The notes: generated by a model from the letters alone, not told the origin. Counted from the stretch's first letter, positions 43,204 to 57,269 are shown. The stretch is DNA of 64,000 bases from Octopus vulgaris (GCA_951406725.2 OX597825.1:56172001-56236000); one strand, 5' to 3'. Program-made: numbers and translations.

Positions 43204-44140
43204 CCTATAAATATATGTATATATATACACACACACAAACAAACACATATATATAAGCACAGAGTCTTATATGAGCATTGAAACATATGTTGATGATTAT
43301 CAGTTAACATTTCCAATTTGGTTTTTGGAGCGACAGATCTAGGAAAAAATTTCCAGCCGTGTCCGTGATATCCTTCTATTGCAATATAATAGTCACATAT
43401 AATTTATCTACGTTGGGTTACATCATTCAGCGTGTCCTTCTATTTCTAAGACTGAGTAGTGTGGTTAAACGTAGACCCGTTTATAATTTTAGAAATTGGA
43501 ACGACCTCGATTGCTACTTTTCAAAATGGCATTCTGTTCATCCACTTCACTTATTGAATCCAGTCCATCGGCTGGATTTAATGATCATATTTCAGCTGTG
43601 CAAGAATGGTTGTGTTGTTAAGAAGTATTATTCCCCAATTTTTGGTGTCGGGTTTCATTCGACAAGGAGGCACTTTGGTAACGAAACCACTTCCATAGCC
43701 TCTGGTCAACCAGTGTGTTCTGTATGGACGATGGTTGAACAACACCACTGGCGTAGAATACCTGTTATTGGCATGAAGTCATGATGCATCGACTAGTTTA
43801 ATGGGCCCTGATATTTGAGCGAGACCACTCTGTTGCATACATTCTGACAATGTCCAGAGTCAGAAGACAACTTTCTCTCTTCTTTAACCTTACTTATCAT
43901 ACTCGTCATCTTTCCCCCACCACTACCCCAGTCCTGTTTTGCTTCTCCACTTCCTTCCCTTACTCCTCTACCTCTTGCTCTTCCTATTTTCTTCTGCCTT
44001 CTCCTTTACCCCTCCTCCTCCGCCTTCTACTTCTCCCCTTCTCCTCCTTCTCCCCCTCCTCCTCCTACTCCTCCACCTCCACTCATCCTCCTCATCCTCT
44101 CGTTAATTTTTGATTTTTTAAAATTAAAACAGCCGAAGAA

Positions 44141-44540
44141 GGCGGCGAGCTGGCAGAAGCGTTAGCACGCCGGGCGAAATGCTTAGCTGTATTTCGTCTG
44201 CCGTTACGTTCTGAGTTCAAATTCCACCAAGGTCGACTTTGCCTTTCATCCTTTCGAGGTCGATAAACTAAATGCCAGTTACGCACGGAGGTCGATGTAA
44301 TTCAGTTAATTCCTTTGTCTGTCCTTGTTTGTCCTCTCTATGTTTAGCCCCTTGTGGGCAATAAAGAAGAATTCGTCCGTTTTTACGCTCTGAGTTCAAA
44401 TTCCATCGAGGTCGATTCTGCTTTTCATATTTTCGGTCTCGATGAAATAAGTAGCTGCTGAGCACTGGGGTAGATCTAATAGACCCCCGCCCCACAAAAA
44501 AAAATTGCTGGCTTTGTGCCAAAATTCGAAATCAATATTA
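44141..44540 (+). mobile_element. tRNA-derived SINE family A: full copy plus a second partial copy
   Basis: GGCGGCGAGCTGGCAGAAGCGTTAGCACGCCGGGCGAAATGC...GAGTTCAAATTCC...GTCGACTTTGCCTTTCATCC...GCCCCTTGTGGGCAATAAAGAA. The body restarts at about 44375. Confidence 0.9.
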
Positions 44541-45854
44541 AAGTTGTCAGACTGTTTCAAACGATCTAACCATGTTTTGTTCTTTGTTCTTCATGATCGG
44601 TTTATCTCCCTATTAATGTGTGATCATACTTTTATTGACTTACTGCCTTTATTTTCTGCATCCCCAGCTAGTCAACTGTATAAGTTCCCCAATTAGGCCC
44701 ACCTAGTCTACCCGACTCCATCAACTCATCATCCTTATTGAGGAGCCTCTTACTCCTCATAACCAACAATAAAACCTTATAGTTCCCCCTCAAAACAAAA
44801 TCCCCTTGGAGTAGCCCCTTCCACGATTGCATTATATGTTTATTTCTCCACCCCACCCCCACATCAACTGACGTCTACTTTTTACAGGATTTCGAATTGT
44901 ATATTAACTACCATCGATGATATTAGCGTAAAGTACGTAGATGGATCTTCGTCGGTTTTGACGATCAAAATTCACTTGTTCAACCCACCGAATTACTTGC
45001 TCATTGGCTTAATGTATAAGTGGCTGCGTATTCCATAGACACGTGCACCTTTAACGTAACCATGAGATAGAACTAGAGTGATAAAGTGAGTATCAAGACT
45101 GTATATATGAATTACTGATGCAAACCATTCCCCCAGTTTCCGTCAAACTTGTTTCACTTACAAGGTTTAAGTCGACCCGATCAATAGCAAAAGAGATTTT
45201 CTTAAGCTACCATGTAGTCGAATCGAACGCTTGATCACGCAATTGCGAAGCATACTGCTTTACCAATCGTGCATGTTGTGTCTACGTGTGTAATACATAA
45301 AGTATTTCTTCGTCTAATTAATTCTTTCTAAAAAATCGTTTCTAATTAAACATATATTATGATGTATAATGTAATGTAATATTTAAGATATCGGGCCGTC
45401 GACATAGCTCCTTCACCTGAGTAATTAATGAGAAATAGTGTTAGGCTGCTGTGATGAGAGAAAATAACTAATATTTTGATCATCACCTTTCATTCTTTGA
45501 TGGATGTTAAATATTTACCATTCTCACAACATTCTAATATAATCGTGTTTTGTATTTAGATTTTGATATTGAATTCTTTGGTTCCTCAGAAAACACCTTT
45601 CCCCCAATCTGTCCAGAAAGAGATTAACTGCTAACTATATTTCCTGCTTTAAGCTTATGTGTTATGAATGTTTGTCTAAGAGCTGCGTATAATCTCTCCA
45701 TCAACCACCATCACCAACTCCACCAACTCCACCACCACCACCAACACCTCAGCCTCCAAATATAGACATGACATCATCCTGTGTCGTGTTTTTGTCTTTA
45801 CATTTTTAGTTCATTTCTGTTCAAACCACGCTGGGCAACTCCTTCAAATATATA

Positions 45855-46263
45855 TATTTCTTTATTGCCCACAAGGTGCTAAACATAGAGGGGACAAACA
45901 AGGACAGACAAAGGGATTAAGTCGATTACATCGACCCCAGTGAGTACTTTATTTATCGACTCCGAAAGGATGAAACGTAAAGTCGACCACGGCGGAATTT
46001 GAACTCCGAAGGTAGTGGCAGACGAAATGCCTATTTCTTTACTACCCACAAGGGGCTAAACACAGAGGGGACAATCAAGGACAGACAAACGGATTAAGTC
46101 GATTACATCGACCCCAGTGCGTAACTGGTACTTAATTTATCGACCCCCGAAAGGATGAAAGGCAAAGTCGACTTCGGCGTAATTTGAACTCAGAACGTAC
46201 CGACAGACGAAATACAGCTACGCATTTCGCCTGGCGTGCTAACGTTTCTGCCAGCTCACCGCC
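45855..46263 (-). mobile_element. tRNA-derived SINE family A, tandem dimer
   Basis: Two consecutive reverse-complement bodies at 45855-46030 and 46032-46263. More decayed copies lie at about 3070-3200, 3820-4335, 8070-8280, 35815-35960 and 58040-58210. Confidence 0.9.
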
Positions 46264-48432
46264 TTGCACTGTTCAGTACCGTCAGCATATTTTTTACTGC
46301 TATTGATATTTTCGTTATTGTTACTGTAGCTGTTGCTATCCTATTATTGGTATTGTTGTTACTGTTGTTTTTATTGTTGCTCTGCGGTTGTCAATAATTA
46401 TATTGTTCTTGTTATTCCTGTTTTTTTTTTTCTGTCGTTTCCATTGTTGGTGATGATGTTGCTGCTGTTGCTGCTACTACTCGGCAGTGTCTACCAAGGA
46501 CTACATGATCCAATATGTCTTATCCAAACAGAAATATGTAATTTGAGGTAATATCTAGTTGTCATTTCTAGCAGATTTTCAAAATAGAGAGGTTCCTGTC
46601 GCATAGACTGTCAATATGTTTGTTGTATATATGACGTGGTGTTGGCAGGAATTAAACATTCGAAATACCTCCCTCCTTCACCATTCGGAAACAACAACTA
46701 CAAGTGGTGTGATCTGCTCTTGATAAACACTTCTACAGAATACTCTGGTGGTTTCTTCCATGGTTCAACATGGTTCAACATGATTACTACTAGCTGAGAT
46801 GATCTGACCATATTTCACCTTCACTCTCCACGTCATGTAATAGAAGAGACCTGCATTTATGTAGGTGGACCAGGCAGTGAATATTCTATGAAAATAAACA
46901 AAACCTGCCTCAGCTTGTACGATGTTTATCCATCACAGATGAAAGCTTGTAATTCAGTTTATTGAAAATAGAAATGGCAATCAATCAGATTTTTATTGGT
47001 TTTGATATTTACTAACTGGTTGTACTAGCTTCACTGACTAAATCTCATCTCCAGTCAAATACACTTCCTCCATGCCAATAAGAGAGACATAAAAACTTTT
47101 AGCGCAGTTATTGAGGAAAGCGGGCCGGATGTTAGAAGTTAGTTACCAAGCGGATGGTTGAGCATGGACAATGGGCATTAACACAAATGGTATTGTAGAT
47201 TTACATATTTAAAACGTATTTTATGTTCTTCCTCTCTCCTTTTTCTTTCTTTCTCTCTCTCTCTCTCCTTCTCTCTCGCTCATTCTCCGTCTCGTTCACT
47301 GTCTATAACTCTTTATTTCATTCTTTCTCTACGAATCACTCACGCTTTCTCTTCCTATTTCTCTTTCTTGCTCTCTAAGATTCTTTTTCTTCTTTTTAAT
47401 ACTTTTTCTATGTCACCCAGTTTAGCGGAACCATAGATTTGACTGCGGGACAGTTCTGGGGAGCATTATCAGTCGTTTCACTTATTGTATTCCAACACGC
47501 ATGGGGTCGTTACACTTCACGCTTCCTCTCTCCTACTCTCCCTCTCTCTCTCCCTCGCACATATTCCGTTTCACATTCTTTGCATCTACTTTTCCTTCAT
47601 CACTTCTTATATACTTACTTTCTATCCTCCTATATTTATATATTACTCAACTTCACTCAGTGCAATACATTTAAAACCAGTCATAAATTGTTAATCCGCT
47701 ATAGTATCTCACATAGTTATCGTCTCCTGTTTTATTTAGTTTTTCAATTCCACCTATATCTACACATGATTTAATATAGAAAACTGTTTAAAAGATCGTA
47801 TGAGATTAACGGGAAGACATATTTTCGATTCATTGTCACCAATCAAATATCGAGGCACGGACACATAAATGTTACCAACGCTACATTTCCATCAAATTTT
47901 GGGTTTTCACATTCTACAAATTCTCCTATGCAACTATGAGGATTTAGTAGAGTAAAACTCAGAGAAAAAATCATGACCATTTCTTAGTTGAGCATTGAAT
48001 TACAGGTATATTCCCTACCCCTCTGATGTTGAACTCGATATTGCAATGAGTACAACTTCCAGTATCATGTGTGTGTGTGCACGTGTCTGTTGTTGAATTT
48101 CTTGGTCTGTATATATATATATATAGTACAATATCATAATGATATTTAATCGCCGATTTTAAAGCGACAATTTTTAAATATAAACAAATGACCGAAAAAA
48201 ATGATGAGCTAACCTCAGGTTGAATCGAACCTACAAATCATATCTGTCGTGGCTCCTTGCGAACCTTATTGGCCAAACCCTCGCCTATCAATTTCAGTCA
48301 AATTTAGTTAATAAATACGTAAACTGTCTGAATACTACATAAATAATATTTATATAAACAAACCCGAAAGACTTTACGAGTTACAGAGAGAAAGCTACTA
48401 TGGAAGGCTCATAGTATAATAGTATATATACA

Positions 48433-48518
<86 letters not shown>

Positions 48519-48689
48519 ACATACCGTCCGGTACCCTCACCTCACACGCACCACTATACACACACACGCACACGTTACACACACACACACAGGTCACACT
48601 CACTCACTCACCCCATTCACACATACATACTCACACACCATTCTCACGCACACCTTAGTTCTCCCTTTCATACAACCTCTTTTTTTTCA

Positions 48690-48905
48690 GTCATACGCCA
48701 TGTTCGACCGCTGGATTCTACACTGTCTTTTTCTCTTTCCTTTCTTTCAATCTCTCTCCATTTTTCCCTCTTATTCCTTTCTGTCGAAGAACGTCGGCTC
48801 GAAACATAAAAGACTTTACCATTTTCCCGAGCGTCAAACTAATACACCTGCTTGTTGTTCCTACAACTGTCCTCGTCTTTTGTTTTTTTGCAAATTTGAA
48901 CTATA
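48690..48905 (+). mobile_element. Single arm of the 14265-15014 family with an HHR-like motif
   Basis: CTTTCTGTCGAAGAACGTCGGCTCGAAACATAAAAG...ACTAATACA...CCTCGTCTTTTGTTT, ending in (TA)n. Confidence 0.7.
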
Positions 48906-49269
48906 TATATATATATGTGTGTGTGTGTGAGTGTGTGTGTGTATGTGTGTGTCTGTGTGTCAGTATATATATATATATGTGGGCAAATTGTCGCCATTTT
49001 ATATTTTTTGATATCGCGCAGGCGCATTGTTTGTTTTTGATTTTGTCGACTACTCAGTATAGTAGGGTCTGACGCAGTTTATACTGTCAAACATTTGGAA
49101 ACGGCATGTAGTACTGCTTGGCATTCCCGCAGTTGCCTTCCACCATCACCACCACCACCACACACTTACACATAACATACGCACAGAAACACAAGCACAC
49201 ACACACGCACTTCTATATATATATATATTTGTGTGTGTGAGCGTGTGTGTGGGTGACTACCTATCTATG

Positions 49270-49306
<37 letters not shown>

Positions 49307-49380
49307 GTATATATAGATATGTATATATACATACATGTATATATATATATACATATATATATATGTATATATGTATGTAT

Positions 49381-49448
<68 letters not shown>

Positions 49449-50269
49449 ATATAGACGCACGCGCGCACACTTGTATGTATGTATGTATTTAAGTATGTAT
49501 GTATGTATGTATGTATGGACTGGCGCACGCAAAGGCTGCGTAGTTAAGAAGTTCGCGTCACAGTCACGTGGTTCTTGACTCGATCCCCCTACATGGGATT
49601 TTAGGCAAATATCTTGTAACGTAGGTACGGAGTGAAATTTGGATGACAGAAAATATACGGAATCCCTACTAACAAACAAGTCTCACACACATGCACACAA
49701 ACACACACACACATACACATACACATATTTGAATGTATGTCTGTGTTTGTGTATGCAGTTGTGAATCAGTTTGAACATCACTAAAGAGTGCAATCAACCA
49801 TGAACAAGGATTGATAAAAGGAGTAACAGACTGGGATTAATATTTGGTTAAAGCCCTTTGAAGCTTATGACAAAGAATGGCTGCAGTATAATGGTTGTGA
49901 TTGCAACCATGTGTGTGTGTATGCGTGTGTGTACGTGCTTGTGTGCGTGCGTACATGCGTGCGTGCATACGTGTGTGCGTGCGTGCGTGTGTGCGTTTGG
50001 GGGTGGTGAGAGAGAGACGATATATCCATCTGTTACCCTGTCATGGTGACCAGAAATCAATAAGACAGAGTAAATTACACTACATTTCAATGACTTGGCT
50101 TTCTCCTGACGGCCTGGAGATGGTTCAATACTAAATATTTAGTGATTCTATAAAAGAATGTTGCTACTCCAGCAATCTGGAAGCCATCATTTAAATAACC
50201 TTTAGATTCAAATCTTTGGTACATAACAAACTACATACCTCAGTTGAAATCTCATTCATTACATCCAAA

Positions 50270-50745
50270 GATGTCACACCTCAGCTACCAAATGACAAAC
50301 GGCACATCCCAGATGACACAAGAGAGACAACAAATCTCAGTCACACGTCACACCTCAGACGTCACAAACAGCCAATACATCGCAGGCGACACTGCACAGA
50401 TGACAAAATTTAGCCGACACATCACAATCGAAGCATTGCAAACGATAAAGTACACCTGACGTATCGCAGACGATACATTGCAAATGACAAATATCATCAG
50501 ATACACTTCACTCATCACATTCAGACGCCGCAAAAAAACCGACAAAAACAGCCGACACATTGCAGATGATACATCGCAAACGACACAACAGCCGGAACCT
50601 TGCAGACGACACATCTCAGCGATTACATTCCAGTCATCATATCTCAGACGACAGAAATAACCGACACGTTGCAGACGACACATGTTAAACAAACTTGCTA
50701 ATCACTTCTTAACCCACACATTTCAGCCGACACATTTCAGCGATA
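50270..50745. repeat. Degenerate minisatellite (CAGACGACACAT-like core, unit about 16-20 bp)
   Basis: Recurring CAGATGACA, CAGACG(A/T)CAC and CAGCCGACACAT cores at short, irregular spacing. Confidence 0.75.
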
Positions 50746-50795
50746 TGTTTAACAGTAAAGATGAAAGAGAAATATTTATTACATTGTACAATCAG

Positions 50796-50829
50796 TTATT
50801 GATATCGCTGATAATCAATCAATAGCCAG
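50796..50829 (+). CDS. Candidate 34-nt exon of an unidentified gene (xIDIADNQSIA[R/S])
   Basis: Weak acceptor (tttattacattgtacaatcAG) and strong donor CAG|GTAAGC, at the edge of a repeat-poor island. No homology recognised. Confidence 0.3.
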
Positions 50830-53800
50830 GTAAGCGAAATAACACATAGTGTCACTGATTTTCCAATGTCCACACCATGAACCATCTGTTGTAGAAATTA
50901 CAATGAACCAGATAAATCAAGCCGTATATATAAATGTATTGTCGAACGGAAAACAAAAAGTGCTATCAATACTGATATATGTTCCTTCATTTTATGTTGA
51001 AGTATTACTTAAATATACGAAAAGAGAAAAAAAAAATTAGTTATTTTGCTTTTGTTTACAGGGTGTGGCTTTAGCCTCTTCGTAATGCAGATTTTTTGCC
51101 TGAGATTTTTGGGTTAAAAAATACAAAAAAATAAAAATCAAAGGATAGGCGTGTATGTTTTACATTAAAAAAAAAAGAAATAAACAGAATATTGTTAATT
51201 GATGTGTGTGAACAAATCAAAGGTTGTATTTTAGTCTGCCGTTTTTATACGTGTTGCGGGTGACAGATGGTTGTGCTGTTATCTGTTCACAGCTTAATAA
51301 CTCAAACCGTTGGCTGTTTATCTGTTTGTTTTCAGCAACCAACACTTCGTTATATCCGTGACAAAAGCACATTTAGTATTCTCCTGTTTGTTTAATTCAC
51401 TCCTCTCTGTTACATGTATGCCATATAAAGAACTAAGGACATTTATCGTTACGGTACAAACGTAATGGTACAAGACTCCTTGCGTTTGCGTCCCAATTTC
51501 GGTTCGCATTAATGCTCGCTACCTACTTAATTTAATCCACTAAAACCGCTATCAAGAAAGATAGGAAAGCCAAGTTCATACATTATTTTGAAAAGACTGA
51601 AGTTAGTAGTCCAATGACAGACACCTCTATTCACGAAACGTTAAATTGTTAAATGTAGTTATTGTATCATCAACCAGGTTATTATAAACAAATGAGATTT
51701 TTTTTTCCAGATGAAGACAGCAACAGAATGTGACGTCTACTACACGAAACCACATCATAAATGCCAGTTAGTTGACGACGATTAATCCAAAAGTGCCATC
51801 AAGTTGAAAGAAGTAACCTCACTGCTACTTAGTTGTAGAAAACAACTTGGATATATCATTTAGTGGCGACGAACGGCCCAGATATGTTACCCTGTTGAAG
51901 GTCTCACCTTACATTTGTCGCCGTATTGCCCAAAGAAATATAAATGCATCAACTGCAGACGCCAATAGATGTGCCATCTCACCGCGCACAGCAGCCTGAG
52001 TGAGATACGCATTTAAAGAATATAGATTATTCATTATTTTCATATTTTTGCGTTCATTGTTTGTTTTCCCCCATTTTTCCTTTGATAGAGCAGATTGCCC
52101 TAATGAACAACCAGTTAAGCGGCGGTGGTCGCAAGTTCAAAAGCTTTCAATGGCACTATATTGTATCTGTGACCAATACACTTAACTTTCAAATGGATTA
52201 ACTGAATATAAGTACCACAGAGTAGTATAGTCCAATTTTGCTTAACACGAGATGGTGCAGTTTACCAAGTTGTCACTAGGTACCACCAAAGTGGTATATC
52301 CTCTATCGGTAAGTATGTACGAGAGGCAATATATTATACATAGCTGTATGTACGAGAGGCAATATATTATACATAGCTGTATGCAGGCACCGCCAGTCGG
52401 TATGTACGTACCACAAAAGTGATAGCTCAACTAGCTGTAAGTAGAAACAAACAGAGGGGTGAATAATGCCACTTGCTGTACTTATGTACCAACAAGTAAA
52501 GAAAAAGTGTTCTCTGTTCTTATGACTGAACTTGAATCCACAATTCCAGAGAGTAAAGTGCAATAACTGTTCGTCTTTGTTGTGGATTCTATGACAATAA
52601 CATTATCCGGCAAGCATGCATGTATATGTGTGCGTGTGCCTGTATGTATATGTATGAGTTTATACATATAATATAATTTTTAGTCTAGTGTCAAACAAAT
52701 GATATAATAATGTATCGATTATAGATTGTGTCATAGTTAAGATGATAATTGCTTAAAGTAAAAGCAAAGATGAACCAGTCGCAGAATATAGGCCGAATGG
52801 TTCGTTTCGCAATTTCAAGATCCCCGTGATCAAATCTTACTATGTTAGTAAATTTCTTAAATTATATCGTGGGGGTCGATCCAATTATATAGATAAAAAA
52901 GAAGTATATATCCTAAATTTAACAGTGAGATTCGATCACAGTATCTCCTGATTACGAAATTAAATTATTAGTCATTCGGCCATTTTGCTTTGCTCCAAAC
53001 AACCGCTATCTTATGGAACGAAATCGATGACAAAATCTATTTTTATCGGTTTTTATTTTTAATCAATGAATGACTGCCCCCTCCACCTCTAACCAAGATA
53101 AGCTTGGAGTGTATATTTGATATAAAATGTGTTTATATCACTGTAGTGTTTAATAACGACAATAACAACCTCCAACAAAGGAAACTTTCAAGCAGATTAT
53201 CAGAAACAAGAACAACAACGACAACAACAAAAGCGAGCTGATGAAGGAGCATGTATGTGGCTGGATGACCTGCTAAAAATAACAGTCAAATCTTCCTCAA
53301 ACCACACAATGATACCTACAAAACAATTATGGTATTGGATAATGTAGTGTATACTAAGTCGTATAAAACTAGTGGATGGTGGTCAAGGCTGGCGTACTTC
53401 TGATCAGTGGCCAGCTAGTTCAGTGTTAAACTGTGAATTAAAGGTGAAGACAACCGCAACACAAATCCCAAGCAAACCAGTTTTAATTAATTCGAAAATA
53501 TATCCAACAGCTAAAAAAATATAATTAAACTTCCTTGGATTTCTCAAAGCTGTCTTCCTTTTATAAATCTTCTCAATGTTATTCGCCACACTTTAAGCTA
53601 TAAAATTGTAAAAAAGAAAGAGAGGGAGAGAGTGTGAGAGAGAGAGGGGGGCTATGAAGGAATTTGTCTCTAACAGTAAAGGGGTGTGGGGCCGACCTTT
53701 ATGGTTTAGATTCTTCACTCTTCTTCCCGAAATTCTTTAGGTTAATTCAAAAAGTTCATGATATTTGGTTCTCATTTTTCAAACCAAGCAAATTAATACA

Positions 53801-53923
53801 TGTCAAATTGTTTATTTATTTGACAACCAATATTTCTTCAAGATTCATCGATATATAATTACATTAGTACTTCCTTCGGCTTATTGTTTCTGATAGTGAC
53901 GGTGGTATAGCTAAAATTATTAC

Positions 53924-54104
<181 letters not shown>

Positions 54105-54117
54105 GTTATTATTATTA

Positions 54118-54176
<59 letters not shown>

Positions 54177-55000
54177 GTTGTTATTATTATCATAGGTGGT
54201 GGGGGGTACTGATAGTGGTGTCGTTGTTGGTTGGAATGGTGATTATTAGTGTTCGTTACTGCTGTGAAATGTTTTATAGTATTGCCGTTTCTTGTTTTGT
54301 GTGTCTTTGTATTTATTTAGTTCTTACCTTTTGTAAGATGTTGCTTAAAGTCAACACGAAATTGTTATTTTAGTGCAGACGAAGGAGTGGAGGAAACGAG
54401 GATGATTGATTTTCGAATTGACTTCAAATAGGTTATTGGTTGACAGACCGTCAATATCTAAGTGTATAGGTCACATGACACCTCTCCAAAAGTTCGGCAG
54501 TTCCATCGAACCCGTGGCTAATGCAAACGGCCAAGGTTATTTAGTAATACAGGGGCACAAATAAATTTCCACTCTAAAGACCTGACAGTTGTGTAAATGT
54601 TGACAAAAGCAGATATCTTCTTCAGAGAAATATTTCTTGACTAAATGTCCAACATTAACTAGTCATAGATACAAAACAGTAACATTTCGGTGATGCTCCT
54701 AACCATAACAATGAGTAAGAGCACTATGTCACAAACCGAGATATGAATGAGATTTGAAGTCGAACCACTCAAACATATAAAATTTGAAGAGGAAATCACC
54801 AGTACTTATCACAAAAGGGAAGAGTAGCATATAAGCATACATACATATGTGGATAAAAACATATAGTTATATGCATCTACATATGTATGTGTATGTAAGC
54901 GTATGTCTATATATACATATGTATGTGTGAGTGTTTATATATATATATATAGAGATAGATAGATAGATAGATAGATAGATATATAGATAGATAGATAGAC

Positions 55001-55083
<83 letters not shown>

Positions 55084-56030
55084 ATACATTCCAGGTTCAT
55101 TACTACTGTATTCACGTGGGCTGGTGTTTTTGTTTTACAGCCCAAGCCTACCGTAGACATGTGAGTCGACTTGGTACGTAGTCAAAAACTTAGACACTCG
55201 TCGTGTATATTGTGTGTGGTGGGCTGCGTTTTTGCGCATGTGTATGCACCCATGTCTGTGTTTCTTCCTCACCTCCGCTTAACAACTGGTATTGGTTTAC
55301 GTCTCCACAACCTGGCGGTTCGACATACATTACAGATAAAATAAGTACCAGTAATAGGTACTGGATTGATCAGTCGACCAAATACTTCAAGGCAGTGCCC
55401 TAGCATGGTCACAGTCCGATAACTAAAACAAGTAAAAAAAAGTAATATATATATATATATATATATATATGATACCTGTACATCTTCGTTACTCATTTAT
55501 ATTATATTCACCTACCTTGGAATTTGCACTTCGGAAATGCTTAGGAAGGATTTTCATATAAAATACATCTTTGCACAACCAAGAGCGGCACTCAACTAGA
55601 GTGCGTTGTCTGCACGCAAGACAGGAATATCAGATCCAAACACTCCTGTACAGAGTTTTGACATTCATTATTCAATTAATATTGCTTGGGTGTACGGAAT
55701 ATACCGACCTAACAAGATGACTCAATTTAAGTACGTAATTCAACGAAATCTTAATTATATATATATATATACTTCCTCCTCATCAACTTCACCCTCTTGT
55801 ACTGTCTTATTCCTCCCCACAACTACGAAACTCTATAAAATGATTAAATTCCCCACAAAGGAATTAATTTGATTTGAAAACCCCAGTAGAATGGGAGAAA
55901 GCGCTAATAATCTGAATGATATGATCTGAATGATATGATCTGAATGATATGATATATATATGTAAAAAATGTAATATATAAATAAATATCTATAAATATG
56001 AACCATTCGATCTTCTGATTACCTCATTTC

Positions 56031-56100
<70 letters not shown>

Positions 56101-56856
56101 GAGAGAGAGAGAGAGAGAGATTCAGATGAATATGGTACTTAAGTTGAGGCACCAGAATTTAGTACAGTATTATCCATACAATTTCAAAATAAGGTGATTT
56201 GTTGCTTATTTTGATTATATATATATATATATTCTTTTATCCTTTTGTTTTACTGGTTTCAGTCATTTGACTGCGGCCATGGTGGAGCACCGCCTTTAGT
56301 CGAACGAATCAACTCCAGAAGTTATTCTTTGCAAGCCTAGTGCTTATTCTATCAGTACCTTTGCTGAATCGATAAGTTACGAGGACGTAGACACACCAAC
56401 ATCGGTTGTCAAGCAAAGCTGAGGGACAAACGCAGACACATGGCTATTGCAAACAAACATAAATGTTGAAAAGCAAACGCATTTGGCCAAATTTGGACAT
56501 ACGACAGTTTACCATAATGGCAGCGATATGTGTGTGTGTCTGTACATATATATATATCATGCACCAAAACCTTTGACACTGTTAGTATTATTAATAATCA
56601 TTTTTTTCATCATATACAAGTACGTGTGTAATCTTCATTATTGTTTTTATATTTATTCAACTTTAGGAGAACTGAAGTAATTTGACAATTCCGAAGCATA
56701 TTGAACTTATTTTGTGAGTGACTTTTGGCCCACCCCATATATATCTTCGATGTTTTACTGATTTCAGTCATTAGACTGAGCCCACACTGGGGCACGGTCT
56801 TGAAGAAAGTTAGTCGAACGAGTCGACCTCAGTACATATTTTTTAAAAACCTGCTA

Positions 56857-56910
<54 letters not shown>

Positions 56911-56919
56911 ATATATATA

Positions 56920-57212
56920 TATATTCTTTTACTCTTGTTTCATCATTTGACTATGGCCACGCTGGAGCACCGCCTTTAGTCGAACAAATCTACCCCACGA
57001 CTTATTCTTTGTAAGCCTAGTACTTATTCTATCGGTCCCTTTCGCCGAACCGCTAAGTTACGGGGACGTAAACACACCAGCATCGGTGGTCAAGCGATGT
57101 TGGGGGGACAAACACAGAAACACAAACATATACACACGCATACATAAATACGACGGGCTTCTTTCAGTTTCCGTCTAATCCACTCACAAGGCTTTGGTCG
57201 ACCCGAGGTTCA
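56920..57212 (-). mobile_element. SINE family B (interrupted)
   Basis: CATTTGACT..GGCCA.GCTGGAGCACCGCCTTTAGTCGAAC...GTTACGGGGACGTAAACACACC...CGACGGGCTTCTTTCAGTTTCCG. Other copies at 56230-56440, 63360-63840, 25660-25830, 27380-27530, 8355-8500 and 55160-55445 (+). The more complete copies end in a tRNA-like head (GGGACTGAAC-like, the reverse complement of a B-box). Confidence 0.85.
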
Positions 57213-57214
57213 AG

Positions 57215-57269
<55 letters not shown>

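Noticed and set aside
43359-43784. 141-aa ORF
   Set aside because: Non-ATG start, overlap with a decayed SINE B head (about 43600-43740), and no recognisable domain.
46640-46900. Possible minus-strand exon after a tttattttcatAG acceptor
   Set aside because: The donor is weak, the peptide is unrecognisable, and no partner exons were found.
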